A stretch of 64,000 bases of DNA, taken from assembly GCA_963708295.1 (NCBI GenBank), contig CAVPSJ010000004.1, forward strand, positions 128,001 through 192,000. Reading direction: 5' to 3'. The position numbers and the translations under genes are program-made. Positions 1 through 8,928 of this stretch are shown here, piece by piece. Numbering within the stretch: position 1 is the stretch's first letter; every line of letters begins with the position of its first letter. The notes beneath the pieces are model-generated. The model saw only the letters and a program-made list of their open reading frames with translations. It had not been told where the DNA came from and searched no databases. The DNA comes from an uncultured delta proteobacterium (lineage in GTDB: Bacteria > Desulfobacterota > BSN033 > UBA1163).

Positions 1-762
1 GGTATGAACGCCCAGGTGTTTTTTACCGCCTAGATTGGACAGGATGGCGTTTGGAAGGCTTCCATACCCGACTTGAATGGTGTCCCCGTCTTCGATCAGC
101 TGCGAAACATACTTGCCGATGTTTTGAGCCACCTCATCCGGCACCTGTGATTCATACTCCAGTAGAGGCTCGTCGTGGGGGATGATAAAATCGACCTCAT
201 CCAGGTGAATGAACGTATCCCCGTGCACCCTCGGCATGTAGGCGTTCACCTGAGCGATGACCAGGGTCGCATTCTCTGTAGCCGCCTTCGTGATGTCGAC
301 GCTGACACCCAGACTCATATAGCCGTGCTGATCCGGGGGAGAGGTTTGGATCAGAGCGACATCAATGGGAACCAGTTTGCGATAAAACAATCGAGGAACC
401 TGGGACAGAAAGATCGGGGTGAAATCCGCAATGCCTTTATTGATCGCCTCCCTGACCGTATCGTTCCCGATGAAGAAGGAGTTTTGGCGAAAATTGCTTT
501 TGTACGTTTCGTTGGCGTAAGGCGCAATGCCCATCGTCCAGACATGGAGGACCTCTGCATCAAAGAAAGCCTTCGGGTGCTTTTCGACGTAGTTGACCAG
601 GGCATGGACGAGATACTGAGGCTCCCCGCACCCCGTGCCGATGAAGATTCGGTCCCCACGGTTGATCTGTCCAAAAACCTTCTCCTCCGGCGCAAACTTC
701 TCGGGATATTTCTCCTTCATCTCTTCCAGTATCTTGCGCCTCTCCTCAAACCCCCTCTTCAT
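1..762 (-). CDS. Acetyl-CoA hydrolase/CoA-transferase family protein (runs off left edge)
   Basis: Manual translation MKRGFEERRKILEEMKEKYPEKF...RIFIGTGCGEPQYLV...DVALIQTSPPDQHGYMSLGVSVD...AQVNAYMPRVHGDTFIH...DGDTIQVGYGSLPNA; GAGGAGG RBS upstream. Confidence 0.9.
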   Translation of the reverse strand, partial: MKRGFEERRKILEEMKEKYPEKFAPEEKVFGQINRGDRIFIGTGCGEPQYLVHALVNYVEKHPKAFFDAEVLHVWTMGIAPYANETYKSNFRQNSFFIGNDTVREAINKGIADFTPIFLSQVPRLFYRKLVPIDVALIQTSPPDQHGYMSLGVSVDITKAATENATLVIAQVNAYMPRVHGDTFIHLDEVDFIIPHDEPLLEYESQVPDEVAQNIGKYVSQLIEDGDTIQVGYGSLPNAILSNLGGKKHLGVHT

Positions 763-839
763 GTGCCCCCCTCCTCACCCGCGATCATTTCAAAAACAAA
801 TCGCTCAGCGTTGACCCCGCACCTCCCGAGAGCCCCCAT

Positions 840-920
840 TTAAGCCCGGGAAAACTTCCGACGATAGACAAACCAGTAAACCAGGCCTACCATGACGGTA
901 CCGCCGATGATGTTTCCCGT
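840..920 (-). pseudogene. C-terminal remnant of a formate/nitrite transporter (FNT/FocA family)
   Basis: Translates TGNIIGGTVMVGLVYWFVYRRKFSRA*, matching the conserved FNT C-terminal GNIIGG...YW helix; no upstream gene body. Confidence 0.65.
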
Positions 921-1024
921 CCGGCCAAAGCGGGATAGGCGGGCTTAAGGGGCACAATAGGAACGAAACTTCCTTTGCTCGCATCCCGCTCGCCACTGCG
1001 TGCCCGGGAAGCTCTTCGACAAGC

Positions 1025-2038
1025 TCAGAGCCGCGAGCCTTGTCGAACGGCCCCGCTCTGTGCGGCGGGGAGCTTCACATTTCTCATGAATTCAGCCAGA
1101 CGATTCTCACCGTCCCCTTCCGTTTCAAACCCCACCACGCCCAGAAGATAAAACCCTTTCTGAACCACCATGACCTTTCCCCGATAAGGGTCTTCCCCTT
1201 TCAAGGCCCGGGCCCCCAATCCAATGGAGCCTCCGGATAGGGCTTTTCCTTTTTTAGAAAGCTCTTCTCTATAAACCTTTAAGGCGCTCGACGCTTCCTG
1301 AGGATTTTTGAAAATGGCCAGGAAAAGTTTGAATTCTTTCTGCCCGGTTTTTGTTACCGCTTTATCCTCAACCTCAGTCTTGACCTCAACCTCGCCTTTT
1401 TTCTCATCCTCAGCCCTTTCCACATAGGTCGCCTGGAAGCCTCTCTTCAGGAATCGATATCCCAAGAGACCCTCTGGGAAATATTGGATAAGGCCCGGGT
1501 TGAGTCCCTCTCTTGGAAAGTAGCGAATTTCCCTGGGAGGAGGCGAAGGGTCGGATATTTTTGACGAAATAAGCTCAGAGAATTGTCTTAAGGTTTCTCG
1601 ATTGGGTTCTGGAGCATGGAGCATCACAAAATACCTGCCCTGATAGAAAAAAGCGGAATGCTCGTCAAGAAAGGAATCCAATCCGAATCCCCCGGGACGA
1701 TCTTCATTTCTGAATCTCGAGAAGATCCCGAAGGCTTGAAGGACATTCCCCAGATCATAAATGTCGAGTTCGATTTGGTTCTGACGGTCCTCCCTGTTCT
1801 GATAGACGGCAAAAACCGAATTTTGAAATCCGTATTTAAGAAAAAGTTCGGCTTCCCCGTCGATGTGCTCGAAGAGAGTCTTCTTCGTAAAGATTTGAGG
1901 GCCTTCGACCCTTGCCCATTCTTTGGGAAGGCCTTTCATTGGGAGAAGAGACTCCAAGGTCGCCGCTCCTAAAGGTCCCTCGACCCCTAGAAAGATCCCT
2001 GTCAAAACCAGAAGGATGATCCACTTTCGATAAACCAT
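1025..2038 (-). CDS. Exported DUF6599-like protein
   Basis: Signal peptide, LFEHIDGEAELFLKYGF and IYDLG..QAFGIFS motifs; directly downstream of Tat-type aldo/keto reductase. Confidence 0.65.
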   Translation of the reverse strand: MVYRKWIILLVLTGIFLGVEGPLGAATLESLLPMKGLPKEWARVEGPQIFTKKTLFEHIDGEAELFLKYGFQNSVFAVYQNREDRQNQIELDIYDLGNVLQAFGIFSRFRNEDRPGGFGLDSFLDEHSAFFYQGRYFVMLHAPEPNRETLRQFSELISSKISDPSPPPREIRYFPREGLNPGLIQYFPEGLLGYRFLKRGFQATYVERAEDEKKGEVEVKTEVEDKAVTKTGQKEFKLFLAIFKNPQEASSALKVYREELSKKGKALSGGSIGLGARALKGEDPYRGKVMVVQKGFYLLGVVGFETEGDGENRLAEFMRNVKLPAAQSGAVRQGSRL

Positions 2039-2059
2039 AACTTCACTCTCTCGCCTCTT

Positions 2060-3244
2060 CTAACCCTCAACGACCCACCCCGGGCTCCGAACCACTAACT
2101 CTTGCGCCACCTTGACCTGTGCTTTCATATCAATTCCATTCCTGCAGATGACGGAACAGGATGAGCACCCTGAGCAACGTTCCATGTCGTTCCCGGTAAT
2201 CATTTGCAGCGAATCTCTGACAAGAGAATCATTCTCATACCCTTCGTGATACATCACAGCCCTCAACAAATCACCGCGAAGCACCCCGTAAGGACATTCC
2301 CCCCGACACCCCCCGCACAAGGTGCAGATTCTTCCTTGGAGGAAGGATTGATATTGTTTCAGCTCGTCCAAATCACTTTTTGAAAGCGAAGCCCCCATGA
2401 CCGCCGCACACTCCTCGATCTGTTCAACCGTGGTCACCCCCGGGACCGCTGCGGAAACATTCGGATCCCTCAGAATGTATTTGAGTGCGGCCTGATGAGG
2501 GTTGAGGCCTCCCATCTTCTCTTTCTTGTATCCCCCTGACTGAGTCTTCATGGCTATAATCCCCATCCCGGATTGGGCTGCCAGGGCTACGGCCTCCTTC
2601 AAATTCTTTGCATGAGTGAAATTATAGGAGACCAAAGCGACATCGTGAAGATTCGATTTCGCCGCCTCCCTTAAAAGGGAAGCCATGCGGCTGTGGGCGG
2701 AAAATCCACTAAAACGAATCTTCCCTTCCTTCTTCATCTTTGACATGAATTCAAAGAGTGTGGGATCGGAAACTTCATCCGGTTTGGAGTGGCCGTGCCA
2801 CACCAAAACATCAATGTAATCCGTTCTCAGTCGCTGAAGGCTCCTCTCCACGGAGGCTCGCATCTTCTTCTCATCATGAGCATGAACCTTCGTCTGAATG
2901 ACAACCTTTTGCCGTTTTCCTTCGAAGGCTTTGCCCACCATTTCTTCGTTCCGGCCGTGCATATAGCAGTCGGCGGTATCGTAGAAATTGATCCCGAGAT
3001 CAAAGGCCCGAAGCAGCACCGCCGGATCGCTGCAATTCATCACGCCCATACTCACCGCGGTGACTTTCAACCCTGTCTTGCCCAGGGTTCGATATTCAAC
3101 GGCCGGTGTCTTCTCGGTCTTTTCCGAAGCAGGACTGGCCTTCCATACGGGAACGGTCGCAATTCCCAAAAGAGCTGACGAGACTCGCTTCAAGAATTTT
3201 CTTCTTCCTATCTTTTCTGAAAACATAGGATCCTCCCGATTCAT
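2060..3244 (-). CDS. Aldo/keto reductase with Tat-like signal and C-terminal 4Fe-4S dicluster
   Basis: GRRKFLK, YRTLGKTGLKV, GINFYDTADCY, SLQRLRTDYID, CTLCGGCRGECP and CSGCSSCSVIC. Confidence 0.9.
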   Translation of the reverse strand: MNREDPMFSEKIGRRKFLKRVSSALLGIATVPVWKASPASEKTEKTPAVEYRTLGKTGLKVTAVSMGVMNCSDPAVLLRAFDLGINFYDTADCYMHGRNEEMVGKAFEGKRQKVVIQTKVHAHDEKKMRASVERSLQRLRTDYIDVLVWHGHSKPDEVSDPTLFEFMSKMKKEGKIRFSGFSAHSRMASLLREAAKSNLHDVALVSYNFTHAKNLKEAVALAAQSGMGIIAMKTQSGGYKKEKMGGLNPHQAALKYILRDPNVSAAVPGVTTVEQIEECAAVMGASLSKSDLDELKQYQSFLQGRICTLCGGCRGECPYGVLRGDLLRAVMYHEGYENDSLVRDSLQMITGNDMERCSGCSSCSVICRNGIDMKAQVKVAQELVVRSPGWVVEG

Positions 3245-3382
3245 TCAAATATCTTGAATTATAGCCTACCGAAGTGATTTATCAATCCTTTTCATGTTAA
3301 TAAATAGCGCGGAGTTGCAAGCCAAGCCGCTGCTATGGTAATAATGATTTAAGGAATCCCACATCCCGAAGGGAGGTCACTT

Positions 3383-4075
3383 ATGAAGAAACATTTTCCA
3401 TTACTCAATCTCATGCTGATTTTTGGGCTGGCGATTCTCACGCTGCTTTCGATTTGCGTGATGGACCGTTCGGCTCTTGCCCAAGGGAAGAGTGGTGGGG
3501 AGACCTTAAAATTGCCTCCTCCAAGATTCGAGAGTGAGGTATCTATTGAAAAAGCCCTGCTGGAGAGAAGGTCCATCCGGAGTTATAAGGAAGAGCCGTT
3601 AACCCTCAACGAGCTTTCTCAGATCCTCTGGGCAGCCCAGGGCATTACAGAGCCCAAGAAAGGCTTGAGGACGGCCCCTTCGCCAAGGGCGATCTATCTT
3701 TTGGAGGTTTATGTCCTTCCTGGAAATGTGATGAATCTTCCGATGGGAATCTATAAATACCAGCCCCAGGGCCATGAGCTGATCAAAATAGCGGACGGGG
3801 ACAAGAAGGCTGAATTGTTTAAAGCCGCGGGCCAAGCCCCGATCAAAAATGCGCCCGTTGCCCTGGTGATCACCGGTTTATCCGAAAAAACCCAAAACCC
3901 GGCATGGATGTATCTTGAGGCTGGCCATGCGGCAGAGAATATTTATCTGCAAGCGGTCTCGCTGAAACTGGGCACGGTTGCCATGGGAGGGTTTAAAGAG
4001 GATGAGGTGCGCAAAGTCCTGAGCCTTCCGGAAAAAGAGCGCGTGATCTATATCATGCCCATTGGAAAAAAATAG
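3383..4075 (+). CDS. SagB/ThcOx-family nitroreductase
   Basis: RRSIRSY, LWAAQGIT, RTAPS, EAGHAAENIYLQA motifs; N-terminal signal. Confidence 0.9.
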   Translation: MKKHFPLLNLMLIFGLAILTLLSICVMDRSALAQGKSGGETLKLPPPRFESEVSIEKALLERRSIRSYKEEPLTLNELSQILWAAQGITEPKKGLRTAPSPRAIYLLEVYVLPGNVMNLPMGIYKYQPQGHELIKIADGDKKAELFKAAGQAPIKNAPVALVITGLSEKTQNPAWMYLEAGHAAENIYLQAVSLKLGTVAMGGFKEDEVRKVLSLPEKERVIYIMPIGKK

Positions 4076-4124
4076 GACAATAACACAGAAATATATCCTA
4101 ATTTATTGCATAGGAGGAAAGAAC

Positions 4125-4266
4125 ACGGCAAATCTGAAGTTTGACAAAGAGATCACTGCACTTCTCGTCATCGATCCGTACAACGATTTCATTTCCGAGG
4201 GAGGCAAAGTATGGGATCGCTTGAAGACTGTTGCAGAAGCAAATGATTGTATTCCTCATATGTTGC
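4125..4266 (+). pseudogene. Truncated isochorismatase/cysteine hydrolase N-terminus
   Basis: GGAGG RBS followed by ACG (mutated ATG), then ANLKFDKEITALLVIDPYNDFISEGGKVW; similarity ends abruptly where GC-rich DNA begins. Confidence 0.65.
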
Positions 4267-4365
4267 ACAAAGGAACAGGCACTAGAGGACCGCACGCACC
4301 TCAACTACCTTTAGGAGAGGCGGCTCGGCCGGATATTAGTATATTAGCACGGATGGGAGCAACCG

Positions 4366-5115
4366 ATGGTCAAAAGCACGTACTGCAGCCGTTGCCACAT
4401 GCACGTATCGCTTTGCCTTTGCGCAGACATACCGCCGATCAACACGCGCACACAAGTCGCGATTATCATGCACGAAACCGAGCAGTGGCGCACGTCGAAC
4501 ACGGGCTATCTGGCCACGCTCATGCTGCCCAACAGCGTCCTGCGCATCCACGGCGAGCGGGGTAGGATGCTCGATGTGCACGATTGGTTCGAGCCCACGC
4601 ACAGGGCCTTCGTCCTGTTCCCTGACGCCCATGCCCGCGTACTCGATCCACAGTTGGCCGAAGAAGACGATCGCCCGATCCGGTTGATCGTGCCAGATGG
4701 CACCTGGCGACAAGCGCGCCGCATGGTGCGCCGGGTGGCCGGCCTGGCAAAAGTACCGAGGGTCACTTTGCCGGAAGGGCTGGTCTCAAAGTACCGTCTG
4801 CGCAAGAGGCAGTCGACAGGTGGCCTGTGCACCTTTGAAGCGATCGGTGAAGCCCTGTGCCTGCTGGAGGGAGCGCACCTCCACGTGCCCCTTGTTCACG
4901 TGCTCAGCCGTTTCGTCGAGCGCTTACTCTGGTACCGGGGGTTGCTCCCCGCCGAAAAAGTTACGGGCGGCATCTCGGAGAGCGCTTTTCAGCTTCGCAG
5001 CGACATCAGTCGTGGCATTCCGGCCGAAAGCTTCAGTCCTGTGAGAAAAGGCCCCGGACCTAAGCCCCGGCCCCCGGGGGATAGACCTGAACCTCCTCGC
5101 CAACCTTACGATTAA
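4366..5115 (+). CDS. DTW-domain tRNA-uridine aminocarboxypropyltransferase (TapT-like)
   Basis: CxxC..CLC N-terminus, HETE..RTSNTG, DGTWRQARRM, YRLRK, LCTFEA motifs. Confidence 0.9.
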   Translation: MVKSTYCSRCHMHVSLCLCADIPPINTRTQVAIIMHETEQWRTSNTGYLATLMLPNSVLRIHGERGRMLDVHDWFEPTHRAFVLFPDAHARVLDPQLAEEDDRPIRLIVPDGTWRQARRMVRRVAGLAKVPRVTLPEGLVSKYRLRKRQSTGGLCTFEAIGEALCLLEGAHLHVPLVHVLSRFVERLLWYRGLLPAEKVTGGISESAFQLRSDISRGIPAESFSPVRKGPGPKPRPPGDRPEPPRQPYD

Positions 5116-5329
5116 ATGAAAGTTGCAATCGAGGCGGCTACAAGAACTGTTATCGGTGTACCCTCAGTGTGTTCTTCAGAGTTAACGATACCTGCTATAG
5201 ACCTTCAGTTTTTCAGCCATCGAAAATGTTTGGATTTGATTTTTTTCTCTCGGCGGGGACTCTTCAGGAAGGGTATTGAGAACCAGTTTCGCGGTGTTGT
5301 GGATCAATTGAGACGGCCTTGAACAAGAA

Positions 5330-5400
5330 TCACTCCTCGCCCAGAGCTTCCAAGTCGGCGAGATCTTTCCTTCTCCCCAATGCCCCTTATTAGGTATCAC
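5330..5400 (-). pseudogene. C-terminal remnant of a nucleotidyltransferase-like gene
   Basis: With one indel reads NK.ALGRRKDLADLEALGEE*, resembling the NKxAxGRxKDxADLE C-terminal motif. Confidence 0.45.
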
Positions 5401-5403
5401 TAA

Positions 5404-5727
5404 TCAAGATTGGGCGAGGGCGTAGCCTGCTTTTCTCCATGCCTCTACGCCGCCGGCGAGGCATGCCACATTCTTGTAACCCATTGCCATATACTTCTCT
5501 GCCTGACCGGCAGATGTCTTCTCATCGTGTCAGCCTCAGTAAAAAACGATCTCCTGATCCCTTGACAGCGAAGAAAGTTTGGACTTGAACTCGCTCAGGG
5601 AAATCGCTCCTTCCAATTGCATTGCTTTGAACCTCATCTCATCCTCGTATGCGCAGACGAGCAAAGCTTTCCCGGATTTCAATTTGTCATAAACTTCCTC
5701 TGCGGTAACGCGTTCAGGTTCCGACAT
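5404..5727 (-). CDS. Rhodanese-like selenoprotein with U-G-U (two in-frame TGA) active-site motif
   Basis: AGGAGG RBS and ATG at 5727; ...QEIVFY TGA GGC TGA HDEKTSAGQAEKYMAMGYKNVACLAGGVEAWRKAGYALAQS*; the rhodanese C-terminal signature LxGGxxAW lies in frame beyond both TGAs. Confidence 0.85.
5498..5514 (-). promoter_or_regulatory. Putative bacterial SECIS hairpin
   Basis: TCTGCC-GGTCA-GGCAGA stem-loop with a G-initiated apical loop 21 nt after the second UGA and 27 nt after the first. Confidence 0.7.
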
Positions 5728-5861
5728 GATTTGCCTCCTTTTCCCCAATCCAATTTTCTCCACCATTGTAAATCTCAGTTGGTCAAATAATCAACACTTT
5801 TCCGGAACAACGATGATTCCAAGGTTTAACTTAGCAGTTAACATGGAAAAAACATTTTTCG

Positions 5862-6127
5862 CAGGCTGCTCAAAAATGCCCAGATGCAAGGCGCCCAAAA
5901 TCCTGAGAGTGGCGCCGCGACGAATAAGGAGCGACATCTTGCCACGCCGACGAGTTGGTGAGTCGGCCGGAGGCGTACTTGAATGTACGCTGCAACGACG
6001 AAGGATGAGGGGTGGCGTCGCGACGAATAAGGAGCGACTTATTGCCACGCCCCCGAGCCGGTGAGGGGGCCGGATACCGCCGCAGATGCCTGCCTGCCGG
6101 TAGGCAGGGGCGTTTTTCAGCAGCCTG
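5862..6127. mobile_element. Non-autonomous MITE (copy A) with nested modules
   Basis: Terminal IR CAGGCTGCTCAAAAA...TTTTTCAGCAGCCTG; core shared with 8929-9079; two 37-nt inserted modules and a CCTGCCTGCCGGTAGGCAGG palindrome. Confidence 0.75.
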
Positions 6128-6514
6128 TCAGATTGATCTGATAGGTATCCTCCTTGTCGTAGACCTGGGGACTGTATTCGATCACAAGCGTATCTTCCAA
6201 CCCGTAGAAGCGATGGCCGCAGCGGGTTTCACTCTTATCTTATCTCCTTTTTCAAGAATCCTTTCTTCCTTTTGAAGCGTGTCTATATCGATCAACGATA
6301 CTTTGACCTTTCCCTGAAAGATGTAGAAGATTTCTTCCTTTTTTTCATGGTAATGATCACCCCTGGAGTGCCCTTTTTTAATCTCAAACGCAGCTAAATG
6401 GCGCATCGATTCCTGATACGCAATCTGAACGAATTCCCCCCTTTCCTCCTCCCACCTTTTGGGTCCGGGGATTTCTTTTGTGTTGGGCAGTTTTTCAACG
6501 GTCACTTTATTCAT
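6117..6514 (-). CDS. Cupin-domain protein (one apparent frameshift near 6223)
   Basis: RGDHYHEKKEEIFYIFQG motif 1; second cupin motif P.CGHRFYGLEDTLVIEYS continues in another frame after a C run. Confidence 0.75.
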
Positions 6515-6572
6515 AATATCCTCATCTCTAATATAGTGTGGTGAATCTAACACTTCTTTACATCCCGAGGTC

Positions 6573-6660
6573 GTCACTCCCACCCCGTACAGAGTACGGG
6601 GTAAACTCCGGCGGGAATCCAGCTTGGAAACACTGGATTCCGGGTCAAGCCCGGAATGAC
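6573..6660. repeat. RPE4/dRS3-like palindromic repeat with inserted CCCCGTACAGAGTACGGGG hairpin
   Basis: GGGAATCCAG...CTGGATTCCGGGTCAAGCCCGGAATGAC architecture. Confidence 0.6.
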
Positions 6661-6741
6661 AAATAAAAGAAAGAGGTTTCTGACTTACCACACCTAATAT
6701 GTTGGGTTGTCTTCATTGCTTTGGTGATTTTCAATGTTCCC

Positions 6742-7797
6742 CTAATCTTCTCTGGGCTTTGACTCTTCAGGAATGATACTGAGATTCAACTTCTCGGTTT
6801 GGCGTATGATCGTCAGCGTCGTTTTCACTCCCACTTTCTCTTCCGTCAACATCCGATGCAAATCATCAATACCTGCAACGGGTTGACTATCCAAACCGAC
6901 AATGATATCCCCCTCGGAAAGGCCAGCCCTCTTTGCCGGGCTATTTTCCTCGAGAGACACCACCAGGACACCGCTTTCAACGGGCAAATGATAGAATCGT
7001 ACGATGCGGCGAAGAAGTGGGACATTCTGGCCTCCGAGCCCAATATAGCTCCGCCTTATTTTCCCTTCTTTGATCAGCCGTCCCGCGACAAATTTCGCGG
7101 TATTAATTCCAATAGCAAAGCAGATCCCCTGGGCGGCCAGAATCATAGCGGTATTGACCCCGATCACGTCTCCCCGCGAAGTAACCAGGGGTCCTCCCGA
7201 ATTTCCCGGATTCAGGGCTGCGTCTGTCTGGATGATGTTATCTATTAAACGGCCCGAAATAGACCTGAGGGAGCGTCCTAGTGCGCTGACCACTCCTGAC
7301 GTAACCGTACACTGAAAACCGTAAGGGTTGCCAATAGCGATGACCAATTGCCCTACTCGAATTCTCTGCGAGTCACCCAGGGGGGTGGCCAAGAAATTTG
7401 CTCCGTTGATCCTGACCACCGCCAGATCCGTATCAGGGTCCTCTCCTACCAAATCTCCTTCAAAACGGCGACCATCCGGCAGTGTGACCGAAATCTTGTC
7501 GGCGTGATGAACGACGTGACTGTTCGTCAGAATGAAACCGTCCGGTGTGAAGATGAAACCTGAACCCGTGCCCCGCAACTCTTCGGGCGGACCGTAACGC
7601 GTGCTCCGGTTTGCTCGTGGATTCGCCCGAACGTCCAGATTGACTACGGATGGACTCACTCGCTCGGCTGCACTGACGACTGCCCGTGAATACGCATCAA
7701 GGAGATCGTCATCTGAAGGGTGGGTGGCCTCAAGAATCCGCGCTTCCCCTCCTTCGACTCCTTCATCCGATACAAGTCGCAAGATTTTCTTAGACAT
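6742..7797 (-). CDS. S1C/HtrA-like trypsin serine protease with one PDZ domain
   Basis: GSGFIF, TNSHVV, DLAV, GNPYG, QTDAALNPGNSGGPL; C-terminal PDZ. Confidence 0.95.
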   Translation of the reverse strand: MSKKILRLVSDEGVEGGEARILEATHPSDDDLLDAYSRAVVSAAERVSPSVVNLDVRANPRANRSTRYGPPEELRGTGSGFIFTPDGFILTNSHVVHHADKISVTLPDGRRFEGDLVGEDPDTDLAVVRINGANFLATPLGDSQRIRVGQLVIAIGNPYGFQCTVTSGVVSALGRSLRSISGRLIDNIIQTDAALNPGNSGGPLVTSRGDVIGVNTAMILAAQGICFAIGINTAKFVAGRLIKEGKIRRSYIGLGGQNVPLLRRIVRFYHLPVESGVLVVSLEENSPAKRAGLSEGDIIVGLDSQPVAGIDDLHRMLTEEKVGVKTTLTIIRQTEKLNLSIIPEESKPRED

Positions 7798-7965
7798 CTT
7801 TACCTCTCCTCTCTCATATTTTCCCTGGGTCAACCGACCTTAAGCTTTCTGTTCAATTTAATCATTCAACGTCGATTTTTCAAATAGATCTCCTACTTCG
7901 GAAATAGGTTAATGATTGATTATCCGGCTATTTTCAATTATGATGTTTTTGTAAACAGGAAAAAT

Positions 7966-8394
7966 ATGAAAGAATACACAGACAAACATGCCCGTTCGGG
8001 AATCGATGCTCCCCTCCCAATACTCGAATGTTTCGAAAATCAGTTCAAGAATTATGAGATCGCCATCTCCATCCCGGAGTACACCTCCATCTGCCCTCGA
8101 TCAGGACTGCCTGATTTCGGAACGATCACGATCCGATACACTCCTGATCAATGGTGCGTGGAATTGAAATCTCTTAAGACGTACATCCTTGCCTACCGGA
8201 ACCTGGGGATTTTCTATGAAAACGCAGTGAACCGGATTCTCAGAGATTTCGTCAAGGCATCCAAACCGATTCAAGCGGTGGTCACGGGTGAATTTAATGT
8301 CCGGGGAGGGATGAAAAGTATCATCGAAGCCCGTTATCCCGCAAAAGGAATACGGAAAAAGGTTCACCCCATTAAAAAGTCTTCTGCTTTCTGA
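7966..8394 (+). CDS. queF: NADPH-dependent 7-cyano-7-deazaguanine reductase (preQ1 synthase)
   Basis: PEYTSICPRSGLPDFG, ELKSLKTY, RGGM motifs. Confidence 0.93.
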   Translation: MKEYTDKHARSGIDAPLPILECFENQFKNYEIAISIPEYTSICPRSGLPDFGTITIRYTPDQWCVELKSLKTYILAYRNLGIFYENAVNRILRDFVKASKPIQAVVTGEFNVRGGMKSIIEARYPAKGIRKKVHPIKKSSAF

Positions 8395-8466
8395 CGGGAA
8401 CGCTCGCAGCGGACTATTAACCCCCTGGTCCGCCCCGTTTAGAGACAAATTCTAACAGGGTAAACG

Positions 8467-8928
8467 ATGACAGAGATTAAAAAAAAGGTCCTTTTCGTCT
8501 GCACGGGAAATTCTGTCAGGAGCCAGATGGCCGAGGGGCTATTGAAGGCTCTCGGTTCCGGGCAGTGGGACGTCCAGAGTGCCGGGATCATTCAGTCCTA
8601 TATTCATCCCTTGGCCATTCTGGTAATGAAAGAGATCAGCATTGACATTTCTAAACAAACCTCAAAATCCTTGGATCAATTCCTCAACGAGAAATTTAAT
8701 TACATCATCACCCTTTGTGATCATGCGGCTCAATTCTGTCCTGCCTTCGGCGGCCTCGGAAAACGGCTTCACTGGCCCTTTGAAGACCCTGCGGGGGCCA
8801 CTGGAACCACGGAGGAGAGATTGGCCGTATTCCGAAGGATAAGAGACGGGATTAAGAAGAAGATTGAAGAGTTCTTAAAGTCTGAATCCTCCGAAATTCC
8901 CGATGCGATTGCTTCATTCAAGTTTTAA
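8467..8928 (+). CDS. arsC: Thioredoxin-type arsenate reductase (LMW-PTP fold)
   Basis: CTGNSVRSQMAEG, ITLCD...CP, HWPFEDPA. Confidence 0.85.
   Translation: MTEIKKKVLFVCTGNSVRSQMAEGLLKALGSGQWDVQSAGIIQSYIHPLAILVMKEISIDISKQTSKSLDQFLNEKFNYIITLCDHAAQFCPAFGGLGKRLHWPFEDPAGATGTTEERLAVFRRIRDGIKKKIEEFLKSESSEIPDAIASFKF

Noticed and set aside
175-843. Long antisense or shadow ORFs (175-843, 42120-43139, 44582-45862, 45896-46813, 62873-63652, 19880-20506)
   Set aside because: Each lies opposite a well-supported gene and has no recognisable motifs
5909-6048. Two 37-nt direct repeats as a mini CRISPR array
   Set aside because: The intervening DNA is hairpin plus MITE core, the repeat recurs singly inside other MITE copies, and no cas genes are present
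5791-6275. Short ORFs over MITEs (5726-6064, 5791-6048, 6012-6275, 36787-37056)
   Set aside because: They are translations of repeat DNA; the same peptide GVATNKERL recurs in different copies
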